DNA from: a virus
Lineage: Duplodnaviria > Caudoviricetes
Virus record (IMG/VR): IMGVR_UViG_3300032123_000052
Coordinates: 96,001 to 160,000 of that record
Strand: one strand, 5' to 3'
DNA: 64,000 nucleotides
Part shown: positions 28,597-36,611 of the stretch, piece by piece
Layout: each line of letters begins with the position of its first letter
Position numbering within the stretch: position 1 is the stretch's first letter
Position numbers and translations under genes: made by a program
The notes under the pieces: generated by a model
Seen by the model: the letters and a program-made list of their open reading frames with translations, nothing else
The model's database searches: none
What the model was told of the DNA's origin: nothing

Positions 28597-29828
28597 GCAA
28601 GGAAACCTCGACCCTTGTGGTCGGGGAGGAATTGCGCCCTCCTATTAAATTAAAGTTTGACTATTTCAATACAAATATAGTATATTGTTTACTGTGAAAA
28701 CAATAAGAACTATTAAACTGAAATTCAATGGGAATCATAAAGCCAATCAAGTGCTTCCATGTTGGCTTAACGCCTGTAATTGGCTTTCTAAAATAGTCTT
28801 TGATTCTAAAGAAATTAACTCTAACAGGCTCTCTCAAGCATATTACAAAACTGTCCGTGAAAAATTTAAACTTACTTCCCAATTGACTTGTACCCTTTTT
28901 AGAACTGTTTCTGCAACATATAAAACTCAAAAAACTAATAAAGAATGGAATCTTTGTATTTATAGAAAGAAATCTATTCCCGTTGTTTGGAAAAGAGACT
29001 TTGCTCGAACCAAAAAAAACATCACTCTCTGGGCTGACCCTATTATGTTTCAAGATTCTCGACTTATTCCTGATAATTGGAAAGATTCTAAAATTTTTCT
29101 TAAAAAGGGACAGTGGTTTTTGAATTTGTCTTATGAAATTGACATCCCTGAACCAAAAGATAAAGGAACTATCGTAGGAGTAGATCAAGGAATCAAAAGA
29201 CTGTTTGTAGCTTCTGATTCTCAAAATAATAAATTGTTTTATAAATCAAACTATCTTAACCATAAACTTTCTAATATCCGAAAAGCAAGAGCTAAAGTAC
29301 AAACGGTTGGAACCCGTTCTTCCAGAAAACTTCTTGAAAGAATGTCTGGCCACGAGGCTTCCGTAACCGAACATGCTGTGCATGTTGCTTCTAAAAGACT
29401 TGTAAAATGGGCTTGTAAAGTAGGGGCGCGAAAGATTGTGGTTGAAGATTTGTCTAACATACGAGAGTCCTCTTTGAAAAAGGGAAAACAGCTTCGTAGT
29501 AAAATCAATCGCTGGCCTTATGCCTTGTTTACTTTTTTTATTACATACAAAGCTGCAACGCTGGGTATTACTGTTGAGCGGGTTTCCCCAAAAAACACTT
29601 CTCGCATGTGTAGCAAGTGTGGTCATATTGATGAATCCAATCGAAATGGTTTTTCTTTTAAATGCAAATCATGCGGTTATACCGCAGATGCTGATTATAA
29701 TGCCAGCAAAAATATTGCTGGACGCTATATGTCTATCGGGTTGAACTCGATAGATACAGGGATTAGTAAACACCCTGAAAACCAAATTATCGGTTAAAGC
29801 CCCGACCCTCGTGGTCGGGGTAGTTTAC
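28597..29828 (+). mobile_element. IS200/IS605-family solo-TnpB (IS1341-type) element
   Basis: Subterminal hairpins CTCGACC-cttgt-GGTCGGG and CCCGACC-ctcgt-GGTCGGG; TTTAC target on the left; ends GTAGTTTAC; removal restores an in-frame host gene; no tnpA. Confidence 0.85.
28685..29797 (+). CDS. tnpB: RNA-guided endonuclease TnpB
   Basis: RuvC residues GVDQG, VVEDL and ADYNA intact; CSKC...CKSC zinc ribbon; only + strand gene in the early block. Confidence 0.92.
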   Translation: MFTVKTIRTIKLKFNGNHKANQVLPCWLNACNWLSKIVFDSKEINSNRLSQAYYKTVREKFKLTSQLTCTLFRTVSATYKTQKTNKEWNLCIYRKKSIPVVWKRDFARTKKNITLWADPIMFQDSRLIPDNWKDSKIFLKKGQWFLNLSYEIDIPEPKDKGTIVGVDQGIKRLFVASDSQNNKLFYKSNYLNHKLSNIRKARAKVQTVGTRSSRKLLERMSGHEASVTEHAVHVASKRLVKWACKVGARKIVVEDLSNIRESSLKKGKQLRSKINRWPYALFTFFITYKAATLGITVERVSPKNTSRMCSKCGHIDESNRNGFSFKCKSCGYTADADYNASKNIAGRYMSIGLNSIDTGISKHPENQIIG

Positions 29829-29848
29829 TATTCTTGTTTTATCCATTT
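29650..29848 (+). ncRNA. predicted TnpB omega RNA with flank-derived guide TATTCTTGTTTTATCCATTT (5' boundary approximate)
   Basis: Inferred from established TnpB architecture; right-end hairpin visible. Confidence 0.55.
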
Positions 29849-29879
29849 AATTTTCTCCAATTGTTTAAGATGAGTTTAG

Positions 29880-30345
29880 TACTCATGTTATATAGGGAAG
29901 TGTGGAGATTGCTCCCCACACCCCCTTTGCAGTATACGATTCTAGCTGCAACTTACCATTGAGTAATAAAAAGGACTTTTATTTCCCAAGAGCCTTCAAT
30001 TATCGCTGAAGCGGCGATGGAACTTAGAACCATACTTGGAAAAGATTTCTCAAACTAAAGTTCGAGGAGTTCGGCGAGGTTATCGTTCCGCTGGGTTCTT
30101 ACGGCAGCATACGAGACCTGGCATCGAGATCCACGATCGCAACACTTCCCGAGCCGGTCGAGCCGACCACCACCTTATACGAGTCGCGCTTTGATTTACT
30201 CCAGTAAATCAGCGACCAAACCAAGATGTTGACCTTGCAGGTCAACGTCATTGGTTCTGAGTATAAGGTGGTATGAGTAAACGATGTTGAAACAACACCG
30301 CGTTCATATCCTTTGAGAAAAAAGGGGTAAAGAAAATAATTAACC
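29880..30345 (-). ncRNA. large structured non-coding RNA candidate, partly tmRNA-like
   Basis: Visibly GC-richer and ORF-free; 12-bp helix 30169-30180/30261-30272 closing a multibranch domain; 9-bp long-range helix 29895-29903/30142-30150; consensus promoter directly upstream. Confidence 0.65.
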
Positions 30346-30353
30346 CATTCACC

Positions 30354-30387
30354 ATAATAGTTATTTCAAATTTGTATAAAAAATAAC
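30354..30387 (-). promoter_or_regulatory. phage promoter motif copy
   Basis: GTTATT-N13-TGAAATAAC-TATTAT. Confidence 0.65.
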
Positions 30388-30394
30388 ATCAGTA

Positions 30395-30700
30395 TCATAC
30401 CCTTATCTTGTCGTAATATTTCTTTTCCTTTTGCAGACCCTCAATAACACTTTGAACCTTACCGTTATCAAAAATAATAACTGTCGGAAGAAACATAACA
30501 GAATATTGTATTGCTACATCTCTATCTTTAACGAAATCAAGCTCGACAAGCTCAACATCATTAATTTTTTTCATTATTTTTCTGAGAATCGGCTTTACCA
30601 CATTACAGTGGTGGCACAAATCGCTTGAAAAAAAGACAACAGTTCGCCTTTTCTCTATTAGAACCAGTCTTCTAAATGTGCAATTCGCCATTTTCTTCAT
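30395..30700 (-). CDS. thioredoxin
   Basis: CHHC active site; YSVMFLPTVIIFDNG cis-Pro motif. Confidence 0.85.
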   Translation of the reverse strand: MKKMANCTFRRLVLIEKRRTVVFFSSDLCHHCNVVKPILRKIMKKINDVELVELDFVKDRDVAIQYSVMFLPTVIIFDNGKVQSVIEGLQKEKKYYDKIRV

Positions 30701-31083
30701 TGTGTTTCATGAAACACATCGCCAAGAATGCTATCAACCTCTTCCTGAACAGTTTTTGGTGTCCTTCTTGTTCCTGGAAAAAATTCCTTCATATATGTGA
30801 ATCCTTCATGACAATTAGAACATGGCTTCCCGGTGTCAGTCCATGCTTCACAATACCCGCATCCCGATCTCCCAATGCGCTCATCATCTTCGATTTCTTC
30901 TATATCTTCTTGATATATTCTTAAACCACAACTAGTCACTTTTTGTATCGGCATTGTATTTAGTTGATCTGTAAAAAGATTTCTAGTGTCGATTTTAATC
31001 CATTCGCCTTCTATTGATTCAAGCTTTTTTGAATAACTGCCTAAGTACCTTTGGTAGCAATTACTCTTTAATCTTATTCTCAA
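30697..31083 (-). CDS. hypothetical protein with CxxC-CxxC
   Basis: CGYC...CSNC; GGAG upstream. Confidence 0.7.
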   Translation of the reverse strand: MRIRLKSNCYQRYLGSYSKKLESIEGEWIKIDTRNLFTDQLNTMPIQKVTSCGLRIYQEDIEEIEDDERIGRSGCGYCEAWTDTGKPCSNCHEGFTYMKEFFPGTRRTPKTVQEEVDSILGDVFHETQ

Positions 31084-31237
31084 TAGGATCCTCCTTTTTA
31101 TTATTGTAGTACATTTTTCTAATTCTTACCGGCCGTTCCCTGTCACTGTTTAAGGCATTGATGTTGTTTATAAAATGAGTAAATTTTTCTAAAAAGTCGG
31201 TTGGAATAGACAGGACGATATTAATTCTACCATCCAT
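31061..31237 (-). CDS. hypothetical protein (start taken at MDGRINIV)
   Basis: Coupled to upstream stop. Confidence 0.55.
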   Translation of the reverse strand: MDGRINIVLSIPTDFLEKFTHFINNINALNSDRERPVRIRKMYYNNKKEDPIENKIKE

Positions 31238-31932
31238 CAATCGCCTCTGGCGTCGTATATAGGTTCGAACCCCTTTGGCGCATCGTTCCAATTATCCATT
31301 TCGTGTGCAGCTATCATTTGAGGATACTCTCTTTTTACTAGCGCAATATTCTCGGCATCAGCAAGTAATATCATATTAGCCAGATATGTAACAAATGATC
31401 CTGATTTGTTCAAATACCAAAAGAATGATCCATAACCATAATTTCCAGACTTTTCGCTCGACCCTCTATTGCCAAGTGTCAATGGGGCGTCAACAACATC
31501 GCCAGCAAATATAACATCCCAAGATCCAGACACGTTTGATTCAAACAAATGTCGATATATATTCTTCAACCTCGCTTTGTTTTCAACATCAGCATTCATA
31601 ACGACAAATGCCAGCTGGCTGATAAATTTGCTAGGATGGTTTACATACCAGTCAAACGATCCCCTTTTAAACGGATATCCAACATCCTTCGGAAACTTAA
31701 GCGATTGCAACTCTATTTCCCGATTGATGGCCTTTTTGAATGCAACATTACTATAATCATTACCTTCAGTTAATTCCCTTGCATCAAACTGCCATGTTCC
31801 ATCTGGATCATCTGATGTTGTTGTAAACCAGTTGTTAAGCTGTTCGTCATACATATCATCATCATACGCATGGAAGATACATACGCCAAAATATTCCAAA
31901 TATAGCTCAGGTTCTACCCACTTGTATGGCAT
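31237..31932 (-). CDS. hypothetical protein with duplicated GSF..Y.N...F...LA...AD.EN domain
   Basis: Two internal repeats visible in the translation. Confidence 0.7.
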   Translation of the reverse strand: MPYKWVEPELYLEYFGVCIFHAYDDDMYDEQLNNWFTTTSDDPDGTWQFDARELTEGNDYSNVAFKKAINREIELQSLKFPKDVGYPFKRGSFDWYVNHPSKFISQLAFVVMNADVENKARLKNIYRHLFESNVSGSWDVIFAGDVVDAPLTLGNRGSSEKSGNYGYGSFFWYLNKSGSFVTYLANMILLADAENIALVKREYPQMIAAHEMDNWNDAPKGFEPIYDARGD

Positions 31933-32201
31933 TAACCCTCCTTTATTATTGGTTTAATGTTATGCTTTGATAATAAATTAATCAAACTTTTATATGATAA
32001 GGATCTGTTCTTTTCGAACAAGTGTTCGATATCATTCTTATTCAAAAAATACCCTAATGGTAAATTCATTATTATATGGGCAAATTTTTCCCGAGTTGTA
32101 TTATGATAATATCTCTGCAAAAATTCATATAGGAATTCTTTGAATTTCGATTCCACCAGAGGATCGAAATTTTTCATTAACTCATTAACCTGCTGTGACA
32201 T
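31932..32201 (-). CDS. hypothetical protein
   Basis: Coupled ORF in operon. Confidence 0.6.
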   Translation of the reverse strand: MSQQVNELMKNFDPLVESKFKEFLYEFLQRYYHNTTREKFAHIIMNLPLGYFLNKNDIEHLFEKNRSLSYKSLINLLSKHNIKPIIKEG

Positions 32202-32590
32202 TATTTTTCCTTATTCTTTTTGTACAAAATAATAGGAATTCGGGTTTTACACGTTGGACATGTAATAGAGGCGTTCTCGTTGTCATACAGCGCAAGCCAT
32301 ACATTTTTACAGCGATGACAACGAACATGTTTGGTAAGATATCCAGCTCTGGTGTATTTTTGTAAACGGATTTCTTTCTTAATCGCTTCAAGAATATTGT
32401 GTGCCATAAGATCGTCACAACGACGTTCTTTCGTACGCTTTTCCTCGTACGCTTCTACCATCGCAATCATTAAACTCAAGTCTTGATCGTTTTCAAAAAA
32501 TACAAACATAAGTATCCCTAACACTTTAGTTATTACAATAAATTTACAAATATCACACAGATAAAAAAAAGGTAGTGAGATTTCTCCCAC
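32201..32590 (-). CDS. zinc-ribbon protein
   Basis: CHRC...CPTC. Confidence 0.6.
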   Translation of the reverse strand: MGEISLPFFYLCDICKFIVITKVLGILMFVFFENDQDLSLMIAMVEAYEEKRTKERRCDDLMAHNILEAIKKEIRLQKYTRAGYLTKHVRCHRCKNVWLALYDNENASITCPTCKTRIPIILYKKNKEK

Positions 32591-32625
32591 TACCTATAAT
32601 ATACTATAAAATGTCATATTTGACA

Positions 32626-33222
32626 CTAAGTCTTGCTTTCTGGTCCGGGCTCACCTTCTTGCATTTCTGGCCCACCTTCTTGCATTTCTGGATCACCTTC
32701 TGGCACTCCTCCCCCGAGCCCATTTATTAGCGACTCCTCTTTTGGAAACGCACCTTTCTCAGGTTTTGTATTCGTATCATCAGGAACTTTATTTTCTTTG
32801 TCCGGCGTTACGATAGACAAAGGCTGTTGATCTGATGGTGTTGGTTGTTGAGATGAAGTTTTTACATCTCTGTTTTCAACAGGATGGTTATGTTTTCCCG
32901 GAGTTACATTTCCTTGTGGGGGTACTGTCGGCATTGGTGGTTGGTACCCGCCTTGTGGAACCTGCGGCGGTGGATAGTCCTGTGGCAACACAGGTTGCTG
33001 AGGCAGTGTTGATTGTTGTGGCATATGCTGCCGTGGCGCCTGTTGCCCCTGTTGTGAATCAGGTAAAATAGTTACCTTGAATGCATCTTGCCCTTGGCCT
33101 GCCGCATACTCGAATCCAGGGACATACAAACGGACCGATTCCGTGTTGTAGCCCAGTGGGTGAACAAATAATGATCCCCATCTGGCAATTAGATTATCGT
33201 TGATATCAATAACAACCCTCAC
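32626..33222 (-). CDS. Pro/Gln-rich low-complexity protein
   Basis: PQQ repeats; tandem PEMQEG; GGAGG upstream. Confidence 0.65.
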   Translation of the reverse strand: MRVVIDINDNLIARWGSLFVHPLGYNTESVRLYVPGFEYAAGQGQDAFKVTILPDSQQGQQAPRQHMPQQSTLPQQPVLPQDYPPPQVPQGGYQPPMPTVPPQGNVTPGKHNHPVENRDVKTSSQQPTPSDQQPLSIVTPDKENKVPDDTNTKPEKGAFPKEESLINGLGGGVPEGDPEMQEGGPEMQEGEPGPESKT

Positions 33223-33320
33223 TAACCCTCCTTTTTTTTGTTAAAATTAATCTACAAGAAAAAATACATTAACTATACGCAAATCGCATCATGTTTTTTA
33301 AAAAAAAGGGGTAGTCGGTA

Positions 33321-35003
33321 TTATCCGACACCCCTATCCAAATGCCATTCAACCAGCTTGGCTGATCTTCCCTCATGCCCTCTTTTAGAACGTATTTTCG
33401 CAACCATCCCAATCAGATTGTCCCCGGCCCGCATAAACTCTACGCACTCGTTCTCCTTTCCGATCTGGCCAGGTCCGAGCTTGAACTGTTTACCAGAATC
33501 AAGAGATCTGAACCAGATTACCCCTGCAACTTTCCCTTTAGGCCCCCATTTCAAATTGACCGATTCAACCTGCCAATCATAAGCCTCGGCTCTGGTAGTG
33601 TGTTTTCGGCCTTCGTTAATACCCTTCCCCATAGGTACACCAACAAACCCTTCAACCATATTTATGATATGCTTGAATTCAGACGCCGGAACTATTTCAG
33701 GTGGCCTAACAAAATCGCTCAGTTTAGAGAACGCCTCTTGTAATTTACGGTTATCAAAAAACTGTAGATTAGACACATCATTACTGTTCCATTTATCCAT
33801 ACGATAAACAACAAATAGGGGTAATATATCAAGAGGTCTTATCTTATCCGAATTAAGAATACCACCTGTTTCAGCGGCTGTGAGGGTTAATGGTTTGAAT
33901 GGTCTGAATATATTGAACCTTCTGTAGAATACCAATTCACCCATGCCACGAGCACTATCTTCACGCTTTATTCTATAGAGCTCTGGCAGTTTTCCGGTAT
34001 ATTGAATCCTATCACCAGTTTCGATACTTACTCTCGGAGACCAAAAAGTAGTCTCTTTGGAACCTGAACTAAAATGAACACCAGCACCATCATACTTCAA
34101 GGTCACAGTACCAGAATCAACATGGTTCAAAAAAGATTTAAGGTCTTTATCAGATTTAAGATTAAGCCGTTCGCCAAAAGACGGAGACGGCTTCTTTATC
34201 ACACCCCATGTTACTATAGGGGCTTTTTTATTATCTCCGTGGTATAGTTTGTGCAAATAGAGTAACCTATGTTTATTAAGTGTCGGGCAATACATCTTAA
34301 TTGTCTTACCATCACCATTATCAACAGACATTATCTCTACAGGCTTGTTAACTACAGTCTGCCTGGTTAACCCTGAGCCGTAGCCTTTGATTCCAGCTTC
34401 GCCAACATTCCATGATGTTTCAGCGTTCCTTATCGAATGATCAGCATTCTGTGCCATTCTGGAATTGTTCATCACCTCTTCTCGGAGAAAATTCATAATA
34501 GCCATCTTACTTTTTTCGGTAAGCTCGCCACTCTTGTTGAACTTTATATCGTTCATAATTGATTTTCCCCCGATGTTGATGATCAAGCTCAGATGGCCGA
34601 TATGGATATCCAAATGAGGATTGGTCGCATGATGAAACACAACCCTCATCCGTTTTACCACCCGCCTGTTTTGATCAATCTCTCCATCTATCCAGGTTTT
34701 ACTACTCCTGCCATTAATGTTGATAATTGGACGGCGGGTAACCTCCGTCTTTTTACAGACACGCTCTATACCTTTACCAATATTGCCAAACACAACACCC
34801 TTAATAAGACCCTTTGAAAATATTCCAACTACATCATTAATCGATTTTGCTTTATGGTATTTCTTGACAATGGATACGGCTTTAACCACCAACAGTATCC
34901 GCTTTATTTTGCATACTTTAAAAACTTTAGGCCAAGCCGGGCTTATTTCTTGATAAAGGCCCTTTCCCCTAACCAGCCCTTTCGCCAGTAGCCTCATGCT
35001 CAC
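33321..35003 (-). CDS. LigD-type 3'-phosphoesterase fused to ATP-dependent ligase
   Basis: HHATNPHLD, DH and GYGSG (PE domain); KYDG, GEL, YRMD and EGF ligase motifs; OB-like C-terminus. Confidence 0.75.
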   Translation of the reverse strand: MSMRLLAKGLVRGKGLYQEISPAWPKVFKVCKIKRILLVVKAVSIVKKYHKAKSINDVVGIFSKGLIKGVVFGNIGKGIERVCKKTEVTRRPIININGRSSKTWIDGEIDQNRRVVKRMRVVFHHATNPHLDIHIGHLSLIINIGGKSIMNDIKFNKSGELTEKSKMAIMNFLREEVMNNSRMAQNADHSIRNAETSWNVGEAGIKGYGSGLTRQTVVNKPVEIMSVDNGDGKTIKMYCPTLNKHRLLYLHKLYHGDNKKAPIVTWGVIKKPSPSFGERLNLKSDKDLKSFLNHVDSGTVTLKYDGAGVHFSSGSKETTFWSPRVSIETGDRIQYTGKLPELYRIKREDSARGMGELVFYRRFNIFRPFKPLTLTAAETGGILNSDKIRPLDILPLFVVYRMDKWNSNDVSNLQFFDNRKLQEAFSKLSDFVRPPEIVPASEFKHIINMVEGFVGVPMGKGINEGRKHTTRAEAYDWQVESVNLKWGPKGKVAGVIWFRSLDSGKQFKLGPGQIGKENECVEFMRAGDNLIGMVAKIRSKRGHEGRSAKLVEWHLDRGVG

Positions 35004-35415
35004 CCTCCTTTATTTTATTTTCGAGTAGTGTGACTAGCAATAGGATTATCAAGACAGATATTACCGGAATAACCATTGGGGCCTCTATAAATGCGGGTAT
35101 CCATATAAAGTTAGGCAATTCCCCTATGAGGAATATGAGACCTATTGTGGCAAGCGACAATATTACAGCCGCCTCCCAATTATCAATAATATCTTTCCAG
35201 ATATCCTTCGCTTCCTTCATTATAACTTTGGCCAGCTCATCTGCCTGTTTCTTTATGTTATCCCAATTTGCTTTACGGCCATCTTCTGTTTTCATATTCT
35301 TTGAGAAATTATACACAAAAGTTGAGACGTTTATTGTAATATTAATTGTCTGGTTAATTGCCTCTGCGACCAATTCAGTGGCGGTTTCACACTTTTCTTT
35401 GAAATTAAATTTCAT
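34969..35415 (-). CDS. membrane protein (two C-terminal TM helices)
   Basis: Two hydrophobic stretches; AGGAG RBS. Confidence 0.7.
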   Translation of the reverse strand: MKFNFKEKCETATELVAEAINQTINITINVSTFVYNFSKNMKTEDGRKANWDNIKKQADELAKVIMKEAKDIWKDIIDNWEAAVILSLATIGLIFLIGELPNFIWIPAFIEAPMVIPVISVLIILLLVTLLENKIKEGEHEATGERAG

Positions 35416-35449
35416 TCTATTCTCCTTTTCGTAAATGATTATTATCCTC

Positions 35450-35483
35450 TTAATAGTTATACCAAATTTAGGCTATTAATAAC
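35450..35483 (-). promoter_or_regulatory. phage promoter motif copy fused to upstream terminator
   Basis: GTTATT-N13-TGGTATAAC-TATTAA, right after the AGGCAGAG/CTCTGCCT hairpin and T-run. Confidence 0.65.
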
Positions 35484-35510
35484 TAAAAAAAAGGCAGAGA
35501 AAACTCTGCC

Positions 35511-35738
35511 TTAAATCGAATTGAACAGACCAAACCATTCGAAAAAACCCATTATCTTCTTATGTTTTGTTATGATCAATTTGTAACCTTTCTTCTGACA
35601 CTTCCAGCATGGGAGGAAGATACCATAGTTAGTTTGATACACAGCATGTTTCTTACCGCAAACCGCACATGGCATATTATGATGAACAACAAGGCCGTCA
35701 CTATCAATCTCGATGACAGCCAAAGGTTTTAAACCCAT
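35511..35738 (-). CDS. small zinc-ribbon protein
   Basis: CAVC...CWKC; GGAGG RBS. Confidence 0.65.
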   Translation of the reverse strand: MGLKPLAVIEIDSDGLVVHHNMPCAVCGKKHAVYQTNYGIFLPCWKCQKKGYKLIITKHKKIMGFFEWFGLFNSI

Positions 35739-35754
35739 GTGTCACCTCCTGAAA

Positions 35755-36000
35755 TAAAAAAAGGCAGTACAGACTCGCGTCAAAGGTATTTTAATGGGAG
35801 ACAAAATAATACCTTCTCAGCTAGTCCATACCGCTCGTACAGAACACGTCAGACCTAACGGATCTCACCCCACCCACCTTCGTACTGTGCTATGTTGAAT
35901 AGTTCCATTCCACTCTATCCAACGCAAGAAGTTGCGCAGCACCCGATTAAGCAGCCCATGAGAGTGTAGCACACACTCGTAGGGGTGTGTTCCTTTTATA
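35755..36000 (-). ncRNA. structured RNA candidate downstream of the tRNA-like gene
   Basis: 12-bp helix GCGGTATGGACT/AGTCTGTACTGC with three G-U pairs followed by a U-tract; nested helices GTGCTA/TAGCAC, CACTCT/AGAGTG and AAGGTATT/AATACCTT. Confidence 0.6.
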
Positions 36001-36003
36001 AAT

Positions 36004-36077
36004 TAGCAGCGGACGGATTCGAACCATCGACCTCAAGCTTATGGGGCTCGCAAGCCCCTTGAATGGTTTCCGCAACC
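36004..36077 (-). tRNA. degenerate tRNA-Met/Ile2-like (CAT)
   Basis: Intact T arm GATGG-TTCGAAT-CCGTC; anticodon arm CGAGC-CCCATAA-GCTTG; weak acceptor stem, aberrant D arm, C33. Confidence 0.55.
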
Positions 36078-36191
36078 TTTATTACAGATATCTTATATGT
36101 TGGCACATATTCTCCTTTTATGTAAAAATAATTATTATCTAACACTATGGATATATCAGAAAAAAAATAATAGCCAAAAAAAAGCTGGCGA

Positions 36192-36602
36192 TTAAACGCC
36201 AGCTCTTTGTTTATTGATTTTGCTTCCCCTAGTTTCTTTTATCCCCAGCTTACCATCAAAAGGTTGTTCGTTAATATACTGGCGAACCGGCATGGCAATG
36301 TAGCACCTGTATGGGTACCTGATGGCGCCCACCATAACAACATCTTTGAGAAACGGCATAATACTTTCAATTCTGCATGATTGTATATATTTACACATAT
36401 GGCCAGCGGTATTTTGAAAATTAAAATATTCAGTTGACAATATCTTCTCTTTAAACACGAGACTTGATTGTACAGTAAAACAGTTTTTACTTAATTTGGT
36501 CACATCATCATTTACCGGGATTCCTTCTATTACTTTAATAATTGTAGCTCTGGTCTTTTCTTCGACGTTCTTTAATTTATTAAGAGTCTTTTCCAGATCC
36601 AT
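36192..36602 (-). CDS. hypothetical protein
   Basis: GAGG RBS; followed by a terminator-like hairpin. Confidence 0.65.
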   Translation of the reverse strand: MDLEKTLNKLKNVEEKTRATIIKVIEGIPVNDDVTKLSKNCFTVQSSLVFKEKILSTEYFNFQNTAGHMCKYIQSCRIESIMPFLKDVVMVGAIRYPYRCYIAMPVRQYINEQPFDGKLGIKETRGSKINKQRAGV

Positions 36603-36611
36603 GTCGGCCTC

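Noticed and set aside
28597-29828. IStron (group I intron plus TnpB)
   Set aside because: Only 88 nt precede tnpB and the host gene is antisense, leaving no room for an intron core
29895-30150. Canonical tmRNA (ssrA) annotation
   Set aside because: Lacks G3-U70, T-loop, A73/CCA and a clear pk1; kept only as a tmRNA-like hypothesis
27660-30345. Group I or II intron with internal ORF; RNase P; SRP RNA
   Set aside because: No domain V (AGC...GT), P7, GAGGAAAGTCC or SRP loop consensus found on either strand
36144-36177. Eleventh copy of the promoter motif upstream of the tRNA-like gene
   Set aside because: TGATATATC box present but the upstream hexamer is not at 13-nt spacing; weak variant at best
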